Part shown: piece after piece, positions 7,754 through 16,600 of the stretch
How the letters are laid out: every line of letters begins with the position of its first letter
Position numbering within the stretch: the first letter of the stretch is position 1
Origin: a candidate division WOR-3 bacterium
GTDB taxonomy: Bacteria; Hydrothermota; Tepidihabitantia; Tepidihabitantales; Tepidihabitantaceae
Reading direction: 5' to 3'
Length of the DNA stretch: 24,272 nt
Assembly (NCBI GenBank): GCA_039801225.1
Contig: JBDRUH010000018.1
Coordinates: 1-24,272, forward strand
The notes under the pieces: model-generated
The model's input: the letters and a program-made list of their open reading frames with translations, nothing else
What the model was told of the DNA's origin: nothing
Database searches by the model: none
Program-made: the position numbers and the translations under genes

Positions 7754-8506
7754 CTACTTTTCTTCTCCTTGTACCTCTTTACTCTCCTTTTCTTCTTCAG
7801 TTTTACCTTCTATTTCCATTTTAAGCGAACTTTTGACTTTCTCCCGGCTAAATCCGCCAAACAGAACATTAAGGCTGAAAAAAGGATTGGCATTAGCCAT
7901 TTTGGGACTATCCCGTAGAACCGAGTTGTCGTCAAGTTCCCATCCGGAAGCGAAAGGACCAAATGTGTAACCACCCCTTAACTCAACACCAACGAAGGAG
8001 ATAGGTATTATCAATGCAATATGCGGTGTCAATATAAATCCGGAATAAGAGATTCTGGTTGAGCGTCCGGGATGGAGAAGGAGAGAATCAAAGTGGGGTG
8101 GGGATTGATTGTAGGGTTGAAGGTGCATAGTGTAACCGCCACCACCGATGCCTAATGTTGGCGCGACCAAAAGATGTTTTAAATCTAAAACCACATAACC
8201 GGCACGAAACTCACCACCGCCGTAACTCAGCCGGCAGGTTACCGATTCTGAGGTCACGGTCTGGGTTCCACCCCAGCCAGCACCACCGATGAGTACCCGG
8301 TTGGCAATCGCATAGCCGCCACCGCCAAACATCCAGTGCGGAGATGAGAGTTTTTTAATTCCGGCGCGCTCAAAAGCAGCATTCACTTCTTTGAAATTAA
8401 TTAGACCGAGGGTTGGTCCAAATGTCCCCATACCACCGGTTGTTCCTTGAGCGAACAGGGTAACGGTGATAAGGAATGCCATCAGTATAATAAAAACTCG
8501 CTTCAT
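7754..8506 (-). CDS. Exported hypothetical protein, probable outer-membrane beta-barrel
   Basis: ATG 8506 follows AAGGAGG. Signal peptide MKRVFIILMAFLITVTLFA, Gly/aromatic-rich amphipathic strands, acidic tail. Confidence 0.65.
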   Translation of the reverse strand: MKRVFIILMAFLITVTLFAQGTTGGMGTFGPTLGLINFKEVNAAFERAGIKKLSSPHWMFGGGGYAIANRVLIGGAGWGGTQTVTSESVTCRLSYGGGEFRAGYVVLDLKHLLVAPTLGIGGGGYTMHLQPYNQSPPHFDSLLLHPGRSTRISYSGFILTPHIALIIPISFVGVELRGGYTFGPFASGWELDDNSVLRDSPKMANANPFFSLNVLFGGFSREKVKSSLKMEIEGKTEEEKESKEVQGEEK

Positions 8507-8530
8507 CTTTCCTCCTTTATTAGTTATCAT

Positions 8531-8587
8531 TTTTCAGTCTTGTGTTCTTAGTTTTTAGTTTAGAGTCACGAAATATGAACTAAGAAC
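8531..8587. repeat. Degenerate 7-nt periodic array forming a hairpin in a 5' UTR
   Basis: TTTTCAG TCTTGTG TTCTTAG TTTTTAG TTTAGAG; GTTCTTAGTT (8544-8553) is complementary to AACTAAGAAC (8578-8587). Confidence 0.55.
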
Positions 8588-8602
8588 CATTTGATTATAC
8601 AA

Positions 8603-8631
8603 ATGTTAACATCGTCATCGGTTAGTGTCAA
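8603..8631 (-). promoter_or_regulatory. Putative sigma70 promoter of 7754-8506 gene
   Basis: TTGACA-17 nt-TAACAT with extended -10 TGn on the minus strand. Confidence 0.65.
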
Positions 8632-8678
8632 TATCTACTATCAGCAGAAGGTTAGTTATTCTAAACCCTGTCTGATAT

Positions 8679-8706
8679 TTGACTCTTATGATATAGTGTT
8701 TAATAT
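8679..8706 (+). promoter_or_regulatory. Putative sigma70 promoter of glycosyltransferase-patatin operon
   Basis: TTGACT-16 nt-TAATAT. Confidence 0.5.
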
Positions 8707-8758
8707 AGACTGAGCGTGGTGAAAGTTGATGAGAGTGTGGTCACAGCAGAGGCTCGAA

Positions 8759-8856
8759 GCAAGGCTGAAGAATTGTTCTACTATCACTGTGCAATGTAGG
8801 GCAGACCTTCAGGTTTGTGTCCCGAAAAGGAAAGCAAGGCTAAAGCCTTGCCCTAC
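8759..8856. repeat. GTAG-type REP doublet (REPIN-like) plus one degenerate copy
   Basis: GTAGGGCAGACCTTCAGGTTTG (8796-8817) and inverted GCAAGGCTAAAGCCTTGCCCTAC (8834-8856), each with an internal palindrome. Degenerate copy GCAAGGCTGAAGAATTGTTCTAC at 8759-8781. Confidence 0.7.
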
Positions 8857-8882
8857 GGTTTACCTCCGTAAGAGAGGTGAGA

Positions 8883-10151
8883 ATGAGTATTTCTCTGTTG
8901 AATTGGATTGAGCGGAATTACCGCCTTTTGTTAATGATTTCCCTTTTTTCCCTTTTATTAGCAGGGGGGTTCTATAGCATCCACTTAGGAAACAATTTAC
9001 GATTTCAGGATGAACGGGATTTTTATGCCATTGCCAAAAACCTGGCTGAAGGGAAAGGTTATTCCATTGACGGCATTAACCCAACCGCCTACCGAGCACC
9101 GGGCTATCCGTTGTTTCTGGCGATTTTCGCAAAATTAGGTGCTGGTGTTTTTTTCTGCCGAATGCTGAACTTTCTCTTCCTTGCCGGCACAATGGTATTA
9201 ATTTTTATCATTGGAAATAGAGAATCAGGGCGGTTAGCTGGTGTTATATCTTCTCTCTTGATTCTATTATATCCAGTGCTTTTTTTTACCGCCAGCACGT
9301 TATACGCTCAGACGCTGGGTACTTTCCTCCTTATCAGCACAATCCTTTTACTTAACTACACTGATGTGAAAACTAAATCTAAAGCAGTGCTGCTCGGCGC
9401 TATTAGCGGGTTTCTTCAAGGTTGGCTGATGCTTACCATTCCCGGATTTATCCCGACATTTTTTGTTATCAGCGTCTGGTTCTTAATTGCCCGAAGAGAA
9501 CTTTTTCTCAGCCGGCGAATCATTACTTTATTAGTGATGTTCATCATTGCCTTTCTTTTGTTCTTTTTGTGGACAGTCAGGAATTACCGAACTTTTCACA
9601 AATTTATTCTTTTAACGACCAATGAGGGTATTACATTGCTTCATGGCAATTCAGAATTTGCTACACCCAACTCTGGTGCAAGTACCGATATCGGTCAATA
9701 CCTTCCCGGTGCCGAAGGACTGAGCGAGGTGGAACAGAACGATTACTTTCGGTCTCAGGCGATTCAATGGATATTAAATAATAAAGGGAGGGCGGTGAAA
9801 CTATATTTTTTGAAAGTTCTCAACTGGTTTAATTACCGAAACCAACTGGCGCAAAAATCCGAAGCATCCCGTTTTCGGGACTTTGTTATGTTGATAACCT
9901 ATTTGCCTTTACTTTTATTGTTTTTAATTCGGCTTTTCTTGGCGCGGCGATTTAGACTAGTACAAGTAGAGTGGTTGTTATTGATATTATATGTAATTAA
10001 CGCCTTTACCTATGCGGTATTTCACACTCGGATTCGTTATCGTCTGCCATTTGATGTGGGGATGATAGCCGTAGTGGCAGTTTTTATCAGCAACTTAATC
10101 CAACTATTTAAGGAAAGATTCGGAAACCGGTTGAAAGTTGGTGGTATATGA
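8883..10151 (+). CDS. ArnT/GT39 (PMT_2-like) GT-C integral membrane glycosyltransferase
   Basis: FQDE..FY.IAKNL..GKGY....PTAYRAPGYP motif, many transmembrane segments, W.VRNY and RYRLP motifs. ATG 8883 (GTG 8877 alternative). Confidence 0.85.
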   Translation: MSISLLNWIERNYRLLLMISLFSLLLAGGFYSIHLGNNLRFQDERDFYAIAKNLAEGKGYSIDGINPTAYRAPGYPLFLAIFAKLGAGVFFCRMLNFLFLAGTMVLIFIIGNRESGRLAGVISSLLILLYPVLFFTASTLYAQTLGTFLLISTILLLNYTDVKTKSKAVLLGAISGFLQGWLMLTIPGFIPTFFVISVWFLIARRELFLSRRIITLLVMFIIAFLLFFLWTVRNYRTFHKFILLTTNEGITLLHGNSEFATPNSGASTDIGQYLPGAEGLSEVEQNDYFRSQAIQWILNNKGRAVKLYFLKVLNWFNYRNQLAQKSEASRFRDFVMLITYLPLLLLFLIRLFLARRFRLVQVEWLLLILYVINAFTYAVFHTRIRYRLPFDVGMIAVVAVFISNLIQLFKERFGNRLKVGGI

Positions 10152-12316
10152 GAAAGTTATTTTTAGTTATTCTTCTTTTTGAGGTAATTTTTGCTCAGCC
10201 GGTGCGAGTAGGAGTTGCTCTTTCTGGTGGTGCGGCGTTAGGGTTGGCACATATCGGAGTTCTTAAGGTGTTAGAACGGGAGGGTATAGTGCCGGTGGGA
10301 ATTTCCGGTAACAGTATGGGCGCGCTGGTGGGTGGGGTTTATGCGGCAGGTTACCGATCAGCACAGATTGAAAGTATTGCTTTGACAGCGGACTGGAACC
10401 GACTTTTTTCCTCCCGCCCCAGTTTTGGTTCCCAGTATCTACCAGAGAGACAACAGGTTCAGCGCTACTTTCTCCAACTGCGGCATAAAAACTTCATTCC
10501 CTATCTACCCAGCGGTTTGGTGCCGCTCCAGAATGTTGAGGTTTTACTCAACCGGCTTTTGGGCGAAATAGAGTTCTATACCGGGTTTGATTTTGACAGC
10601 CTGCCGATTCCCTATCGGGCGGTGGCGGTTGATATCAATGGGGAGAGGCGGGTAGTTTTGAAAAAGGGCAGGCTGGAACAGGCAATACGAGCAAGTATCG
10701 CCATACCGGGGGTTTTCGCCCCGGAGGTTATAGAAGGTGTTGAACTGGTTGATGGTGGGGTGATGGAGTATCTGCCAGTTGAGCCCCTTTTGGAATTTAA
10801 ACCCGATTTTATTATTGCGGTCCTGACGATGCGTCGGCGGCAGGGTGATGGCAGGACACTTATTGATATTGCATCCCGCAGTCTGGATTTGATGGGTTTT
10901 TCCGGAATTGAAAAATCCAAGATGCTAGCCGATGTGGTTATTGAGCCCGACCTATCAGGTTTTCTCCATTCCGATTTTGCCCGAGCAAAGGAACTGATTG
11001 CTGCCGGAGAGTCTGCGGCGATACGGGCGTTGCCTTTAATTAAGGAAAAGTTGAAAGGAAAGACGCCAGTAATAAATCGGCATATCGTGAAAAGGAAATT
11101 CTTACCAACCGTCCAAAAGATAAGGTTTGAAGGCGCAAGGCGAACCGGCGAGGGTTTTTTGCGACGCTATGTTCATCTGAAAGAGAAGAGCACTTTATCA
11201 TTTGCCACGCTTTTTGATGACATTGAAAGGCTTTTTAATACTGGTCTTTTTGAAGAGGTGAACTATCGTTTGGAGAAAAAAGAAACTGATAGCATAATAG
11301 ATGTCGTTTTTGAACTGGCAGAACGTCCTTATGGTTTTTATTCAGTTGGCTTGCGTTATGACAATTATGACAACATTGTGTTAGGTTTTGAGGGTGGTGA
11401 GGAAAATATCTTAGGTTCCGGTGCTGCGGTGAGAGTGGCTTTTACCTTGGGAAATCCCAATGAGTTCCGGTTTGGGCTAACCGGAACAAGAATTTTTTGG
11501 CTACCGCTTGGTTATCGGCTTGACGGCTTTTTCGGTTCAATTAACCGAAGCGTTTGGCAGAACGGTTCCTTTGCTTCCAACTACCTCATTCGGTATAGTG
11601 GTGGGTTGGCGGAAGCCGGATATATATTGGGGAAAAACGGCTTTTTCAATATCGGTATTCAGGGAAAGAGAAACTATTACGAGGGAGAGATGGTTGACAC
11701 ATTAAAGCCAGAATGGGTTATTGGTCCAGTTTTCAACCTGGAGTTTAACAACCAAGAGGATATTTATCTCGCCAGGCGTGGTCTTGCTTACCGATTAAAT
11801 CTTTTTTACGCCACGAAGCGATTAAAGAGTTCAGCGGATTTTTTCCGATTTGATTGGCGAAGCGAGCAGATTCTACCAATTTTTTCTTTTGTTGGTCTCC
11901 GTTTCTGGTCGCAATTGGGATTCTCACTTGGCGAACTGCCATTGAGCGATTGTTTTAAGAGTGGGGGAGAGGGGCTTATCGGTTTTGCCCAGGATGAGTT
12001 CCAGACCAATCAAAGGCTAATATTGGGCATGGGGCTCAGGTTCCGGCTTCTTCACTTGTTTGGTCAGGAGAACTATCCTTTGTTCTTAGAGTTACTTGCC
12101 AATGGTGCAACATTCAGCCGTTTTGATTTATTGGTCAGGAGCAAAAAGGTATTAAACCAGCTCCAATGGGGCACGGGTTGCGCAGTGGAGACGAACACGC
12201 CAATAGGTCCTTTGCGATTCTCCTGCGGTATCGGTGATTTTAGGAAAGAATCGCCCCATCCTGGTGGTATCAGGTTCGGTTTCTCTGTCGGTAGGGAGTT
12301 CCGTTATACTAAGTAA
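10148..12316 (+). CDS. Patatin-like phospholipase with POTRA and C-terminal beta-barrel (PlpD/type Vd-like)
   Basis: Signal peptide, LSGGAALG oxyanion motif, GNSMG nucleophile, DGG, POTRA-like segment (FEG..RT...LFNTGLFEEV), and barrel end TPIGPL...FSVGREF. Confidence 0.88.
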   Translation: MRKLFLVILLFEVIFAQPVRVGVALSGGAALGLAHIGVLKVLEREGIVPVGISGNSMGALVGGVYAAGYRSAQIESIALTADWNRLFSSRPSFGSQYLPERQQVQRYFLQLRHKNFIPYLPSGLVPLQNVEVLLNRLLGEIEFYTGFDFDSLPIPYRAVAVDINGERRVVLKKGRLEQAIRASIAIPGVFAPEVIEGVELVDGGVMEYLPVEPLLEFKPDFIIAVLTMRRRQGDGRTLIDIASRSLDLMGFSGIEKSKMLADVVIEPDLSGFLHSDFARAKELIAAGESAAIRALPLIKEKLKGKTPVINRHIVKRKFLPTVQKIRFEGARRTGEGFLRRYVHLKEKSTLSFATLFDDIERLFNTGLFEEVNYRLEKKETDSIIDVVFELAERPYGFYSVGLRYDNYDNIVLGFEGGEENILGSGAAVRVAFTLGNPNEFRFGLTGTRIFWLPLGYRLDGFFGSINRSVWQNGSFASNYLIRYSGGLAEAGYILGKNGFFNIGIQGKRNYYEGEMVDTLKPEWVIGPVFNLEFNNQEDIYLARRGLAYRLNLFYATKRLKSSADFFRFDWRSEQILPIFSFVGLRFWSQLGFSLGELPLSDCFKSGGEGLIGFAQDEFQTNQRLILGMGLRFRLLHLFGQENYPLFLELLANGATFSRFDLLVRSKKVLNQLQWGTGCAVETNTPIGPLRFSCGIGDFRKESPHPGGIRFGFSVGREFRYTK

Positions 12317-12989
12317 CACCTTTACCACGGCAGACCCGAACACAGATACCGCAGATGAACTGGTTCACATAGCGCAGACGCTGAAACTCCTTTAGTTTTT
12401 CAAAGCAGGCGCGAAAGTCAAAATCTTTTGCTGACTCCTTTATTGCCTTTGCCGGACAGGCCGGTATGCACCCCCGGCAGGTGCCACAATTACCGGAAAG
12501 TGGTGCGCCGGGTTCAAGAGGAAAATCGGTAAGGACAGTAACCAGTCTCACCTGAGCGCCAAATTCCGGGGTAACTAATAAATTGTTTCTCCCCAACCAG
12601 CCTAAGCCACTGGCTATTGCAATCCGTTTATGGGAGAGGTGTCCGCGTTGATTCTGCCAGTCAACAATCTGCGAGGCGGGGACGGGCAGTGCCCGATAGC
12701 CACTTTGTTGGAGTCGGTTTGCCACCTCAAGGGCGACCCGGTCTAAGGCGAAGTTAACCTGACGGTAGTGGTGTTCGTAGAGTTGATTGGGATGGTCGGT
12801 TATCGTGATCAGGACTTCATAGGAGAGTCGCATCACCAGACTGATGGCAAAAGGCATGCGGTTAAGGGTTTCTTTTGGCAGAAGAAAGTCTTCAATTTTT
12901 ATGCTTTTAAGTTCTGCAACACCGAAGGCGACTACCCCCCGTGAGCGACAGAATGTTTCCAAGTCACTCCGCAATTGAATCAAACTCAT
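12309..12989 (-). CDS. QueG-like (epoxyqueuosine reductase/reductive dehalogenase-related) 2x[4Fe-4S] protein
   Basis: SHKRIAIASGLGWLGRNNLLVTPEFGAQVRLVTVLTD, CGTCRGCIPACP and CGICVRVC motifs. Confidence 0.8.
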   Translation of the reverse strand: MSLIQLRSDLETFCRSRGVVAFGVAELKSIKIEDFLLPKETLNRMPFAISLVMRLSYEVLITITDHPNQLYEHHYRQVNFALDRVALEVANRLQQSGYRALPVPASQIVDWQNQRGHLSHKRIAIASGLGWLGRNNLLVTPEFGAQVRLVTVLTDFPLEPGAPLSGNCGTCRGCIPACPAKAIKESAKDFDFRACFEKLKEFQRLRYVNQFICGICVRVCRGKGVT

Positions 12990-14848
12990 CTCTTTCCCTC
13001 CAAAAATACTGTTAAAGCGAATATGGCTGATGGGGTTATACCGGGGATACGTCTTGCCTGTCCCAATGAAAGCGGCTTAATTCGGGCAAGTTTTTCCTTT
13101 GCCTCGGTAGAAAGCCCAGGAACTTTAAAGTAGTCTAAATTCTCGGGAATTCGGACCGATTCCAATTTCTCAAAATCCACTACCTGTCGTTTGGTGCGAG
13201 CGATATAACCTTCATATTTCACCTCCACTTCAATTAACTCTTCAACGGTAGGGGAAATTTCTTCTGCATCGGGAATGAGCCGGATGATGTCCTTGTAGGA
13301 GATTTCTGGTCGGCGCAAAAGTTCCAGCACCGGGGTAGTTTCGGTCAAAGGAGATGTCCCTAATCGCTTCAAAAATCTATTGATTTCAGCAGTCGGTCGG
13401 ACTTGAGTAGTCTTCAGCCATTCCATCGTTCTATTAAAAGTCTCCTGTTTTTGGCGGATATTTTTATATCGTTCTTCATCTATCAGTCCCAAGGCGTAAC
13501 CCTTAGGTCCTAAACGCAAGTCGGCATTGTCCTCCCTTAAAATAAGGCGATACTCCACCCGGGCGGTAAACATCCGGTAAGGCTCATCAGTGCCCTGAGT
13601 TATCAGGTCGTCAATCATTACGCCAATATAACCATCAGCCCGACTGAGAATAAAGGGCTCTTTCTTTTTGACCTTGAGACTGGCGTTGATTCCGGCGACA
13701 AGCCCTTGGGCAGCCGCCTCTTCATAGCCGGTTGTGCCATTAATCTGTCCGGCAAAATAAAGGTTCTTGATAAGCCGGGTTTCTAAGGTAGGAAATAACT
13801 GGGTGGGGTCGCAATAGTCGTGTTCAATTGCATACCCTGGTCTTAAAATCCGGCATTCTTCAAGCCCAGGGATTGAGCGGACCATTTTCTCCTGAATGGA
13901 AATCGGCAGGCTGGTAGAAATGCCGTTGGGATAGCACTCAATCGTATCCAGTCCTTCTGGTTCAATAAAGATATGATGTTGCTCCCGGAAAGGGAATTTC
14001 ACCACTTTATCCTCTATTGAAGGGCAGTAGCGAACACCTCTACCTTTAATGATACCGGTATACAACGGCGACTCCTTCAAACCTTCTTTAACAATCCGAT
14101 GGGTATTAGGTGTAGTATAGGTAATGTAGCAGGACGCCTGATTACACAAATCGGTTTGAGTCCAATATGAGAAAGGGCGCGGGTTTTTATCCCCATCCTG
14201 TTTCTCCATTCTTTCCAACCGGACGGTGCGAATGTCAAGCCGAGGGGGCGTGCCGGTTTTAAACCTGCCTAACCTAAAGCCCAACTCCCGCAGGTTTTCA
14301 CTCAAAAGGTTGGCAGGCATTTCACCAAGTCTACCGGCAGGAAAGTTGACCAACCCAATATGAACAAGACCGGAAAGAAATGTTCCAGGAGCAAGTATTA
14401 CGGTGTTAGAGTAAAACCTTTCCTTAGTTTCGGTCTCAACTCCGATAGCGGCTTTTTTTTGCACCAGGACTCGGGCAACCGACCCCTGGCGGAGATAGAG
14501 ATTTGCAGTCTTTTCTAAGACCAGACGCATCAACTTCTTATACAACTGCCGGTCAACTTGAACCCGGGAGGAACGAACCGCCCTACCTTTACTGGTATTT
14601 AACTGCCGGAAATGGATTCCGGCTTGGTCAGTTATCTGTGCCATCTGACCACCCAGTGCATCAATCTCCTTTACCAACTGTCCCTTACCAATTCCACCAA
14701 CTGCTGGATTGCAGGACATCAAGGCGATTGTGTCTAAGTTTTGCGTTAAAAGGAGTGTGGTGCACCCCATCCGGGCGCAGGCAAGTGCCGCCTCACACCC
14801 AGCATGACCAGCACCAACAACTATAACATCATAACGCTCTGAAACCAT
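12986..14848 (-). CDS. mnmG: tRNA uridine-5-carboxymethylaminomethyl(34) synthesis enzyme MnmG (GidA)
   Basis: YDVIVVGAGHAGCEAA, MSCNPAVGG, FKTGTPPR, RYCPSIEDK, GQINGTTGYEEAAAQG, EPYRMFT. ATG 14848. Confidence 0.98.
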   Translation of the reverse strand: MVSERYDVIVVGAGHAGCEAALACARMGCTTLLLTQNLDTIALMSCNPAVGGIGKGQLVKEIDALGGQMAQITDQAGIHFRQLNTSKGRAVRSSRVQVDRQLYKKLMRLVLEKTANLYLRQGSVARVLVQKKAAIGVETETKERFYSNTVILAPGTFLSGLVHIGLVNFPAGRLGEMPANLLSENLRELGFRLGRFKTGTPPRLDIRTVRLERMEKQDGDKNPRPFSYWTQTDLCNQASCYITYTTPNTHRIVKEGLKESPLYTGIIKGRGVRYCPSIEDKVVKFPFREQHHIFIEPEGLDTIECYPNGISTSLPISIQEKMVRSIPGLEECRILRPGYAIEHDYCDPTQLFPTLETRLIKNLYFAGQINGTTGYEEAAAQGLVAGINASLKVKKKEPFILSRADGYIGVMIDDLITQGTDEPYRMFTARVEYRLILREDNADLRLGPKGYALGLIDEERYKNIRQKQETFNRTMEWLKTTQVRPTAEINRFLKRLGTSPLTETTPVLELLRRPEISYKDIIRLIPDAEEISPTVEELIEVEVKYEGYIARTKRQVVDFEKLESVRIPENLDYFKVPGLSTEAKEKLARIKPLSLGQARRIPGITPSAIFALTVFLEGKR

Positions 14849-14861
14849 CTTTATTAAATAT

Positions 14862-14889
14862 ATTTTAAACGGAGGGGTATATAAGTCAA
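14862..14889 (-). promoter_or_regulatory. Putative sigma70 promoter of mnmG (very short leader, no clear SD)
   Basis: TTGACT-16 nt-TAAAAT ending 13 nt before ATG 14848. Confidence 0.55.
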
Positions 14890-14912
14890 AGACAAAGTGC
14901 AATAGGTTTTAC

Positions 14913-15070
14913 CGTCATTCCGAGCAAGACCGGAGACCGATGACCGGTGACCGTCTTCTGTCCTCCGTCTTCGGTCTCCCACTATTGAGAAACCAAAACT
15001 TTGTCCCGAGCGAAGCCGAGGGGTATGAACTTCAAACCACGAACTAATTAGGGTTCGGGACAGTGGTTTG
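14913..15070. repeat. Composite repeat cluster: heptamer hairpin array and short palindromic elements
   Basis: AGACCGG AGACCGA TGACCGG TGACCGT followed by CTTCTGT CCTCCGT CTTCGGT CTCC; GGAGACCGA pairs with TCGGTCTCC. Also CGTCATTCCGAGC, TGTCCCGAGCGAAGCCGAGGGG, and inverted pairs TGTCCCGA/TCGGGACA and CAAACCAC/GTGGTTTG. Confidence 0.65.
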
Positions 15071-15152
15071 CTTTGCGTTTAGGTTTTTCGGGAAATTTGC
15101 TCCTACAGAAGGGACGGAGTTCACCAAAATCGGGCAAAAGAGATATTAATAA

Positions 15153-15170
15153 TTCTACCTATAGGTAGAA
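15153..15170. other. Perfect 18-bp palindrome, possible operator
   Basis: TTCTACCTATAGGTAGAA is its own reverse complement. Confidence 0.5.
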
Positions 15171-15535
15171 CGGGAATAAAAGGGGTTTATTAGTCTATCT
15201 TTCGGAAAATCACAATGTTATAAGAAATATTTAAAATTTTAGACCCCAGCCCCCTGGCAGCCCCCGATGTTATTAAGTAAGTTTTCATCCGGCTAAACTC
15301 ACAGGTGGTTTCCTTCGTAAGTCTCAAATTTATTTCTTTTGTGAGTTGAGTAGTGAACACCAAAACTGGTTAGCGTTTAATTCCTCTAATAATTGTAATT
15401 GGTCAATTAGTCTCCAAAGGAATCTTTTGGGTCCATATCAGAATTACCGCCCCCTTAAATCTTCCAATTATCTTTGCTATCATCTGCGTGATTACTTTTT
15501 AGGGTTCTGAACTAAAGACCGAGAGCCAGTATTAC

Positions 15536-16546
15536 CTATTGGGTTTTGAGCGCATAGCCTAAAGCGCCAACGAAGTCAATCGCCTTAACCGGGCAGACCA
15601 GGGCGCATTGACCGCAGCCAATACATTTTTCTGGTAAAACTCTGTGCTGGTGGTTTGGCTCGCCTTCAATCGCCTTGAACTGGCAGACTTTGACGCAGGC
15701 ACCACAACCAGTGCAGCGCGGATTGATTGATGCCTTTGGTCTGCCCGGTGCTCGGTCAACAAATGATTTGCTCGGGCATTTGTGAACGCAGATGGCGCAG
15801 TCAATGCATTTTTCAAAGTCCATTACCGGCAGATTGCCTTCCATCTTCAAAGCGCCAACCGGGCAAACTTTCACGCACAGTCCACAACCGATGCAACCAA
15901 CCTGGCATACATCCTTGACCGCCTTGCCCCGGTCCTGGGAAACACAGGCGAGGTAAACCAGTTTAGAGCGAGGTATTAAACGCAGTGTCCCTTTCGGGCA
16001 TTCCCGAATACATTTACCACAGCCGATACAGACTTTTTCGTCAATAACCGGTAGGCGGTTTTCGTCCATTTTAATCGCCTGAACCGGACACACTTTGACG
16101 CAGTGTCCCATTCCGATACAGCCGTAGATGCAGGCTTTTGGTCCGCCCAGGAGAAGGGTCGCCTCACGACAGCTCTCAGTGCCGTAGTATTCAAATCGCT
16201 CGGTTGCTTCTCTTTTACCTCCCCGACAGATTAATACTGCAACCGGGGGTTCGGCAGCGGTAACCTCCTGTCCCATAATCTTCCCTATTTTTTCTGCCAC
16301 CGCTGGTCCACCAACGGTGCAGGCGTTGAGAGGCGCTTTGCCAGTAACGATTGCGTTAGCATAGCCATCACAGCCCGGATAGCCGCAGGCACCACAGTTG
16401 GCACCGGGTAGAACTGAGCGGATTTCTGCCTCCCTTTCGTCAATTTTAACAGTGAATTTTATCTGGGCGATAAGAAGAATAATAGAAAGGAGTAGTCCAA
16501 GTCCACCGAGGGCGATGAGTGATTTAATAATTAATAGCCAGCCCAT
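15536..16546 (-). CDS. rsxB: Rnf/Rsx electron transport complex subunit B (long polyferredoxin type)
   Basis: N-terminal TM helix, LPGANCGACGYPGC and five further CxxCxxCxxxC motifs. ATG 16546 or TTG 16558. Confidence 0.93.
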   Translation of the reverse strand: MGWLLIIKSLIALGGLGLLLSIILLIAQIKFTVKIDEREAEIRSVLPGANCGACGYPGCDGYANAIVTGKAPLNACTVGGPAVAEKIGKIMGQEVTAAEPPVAVLICRGGKREATERFEYYGTESCREATLLLGGPKACIYGCIGMGHCVKVCPVQAIKMDENRLPVIDEKVCIGCGKCIRECPKGTLRLIPRSKLVYLACVSQDRGKAVKDVCQVGCIGCGLCVKVCPVGALKMEGNLPVMDFEKCIDCAICVHKCPSKSFVDRAPGRPKASINPRCTGCGACVKVCQFKAIEGEPNHQHRVLPEKCIGCGQCALVCPVKAIDFVGALGYALKTQ

Positions 16547-16561
16547 AATCAAATCCAAAAG

Positions 16562-16596
16562 GCGGAAGTTGGAGTGCGGAATGCGGTCCTCGGTCT
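16562..16596. repeat. Degenerate heptamer array in rsxA-rsxB spacer
   Basis: GCGGAAG TTGGAGT GCGGAAT GCGGTCC TCGGTCT. Confidence 0.55.
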
Positions 16597-16600
16597 CTCA

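Noticed and set aside
8726..8911. 61-aa ORF upstream of the glycosyltransferase
   Set aside because: Its translation (CRADLQVC...ARLKPCPT) is simply the REP doublet read through. No coding evidence.
14849..14902. ORF-track N-terminal extensions of mnmG (likewise rsxC 20835, M28 23960, ABC 2576, 8530)
   Set aside because: The extensions overlap promoters or upstream genes. Downstream starts fit RBS position and family N-termini better.
14927..15070. CRISPR array or tRNA in the repeat cluster
   Set aside because: No identical 25-40 nt repeats with unique spacers, no cloverleaf or TTCGA arm in tRNA context, and no cas genes.
15190..15483. Minus-strand stop-interrupted frame MIAKIIGRFKGAVILIW...*...*PVLVFTT as a pseudogene
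   Set aside because: Only vague resemblance to transposase or receiver-domain fragments. Cannot be supported without a database search.
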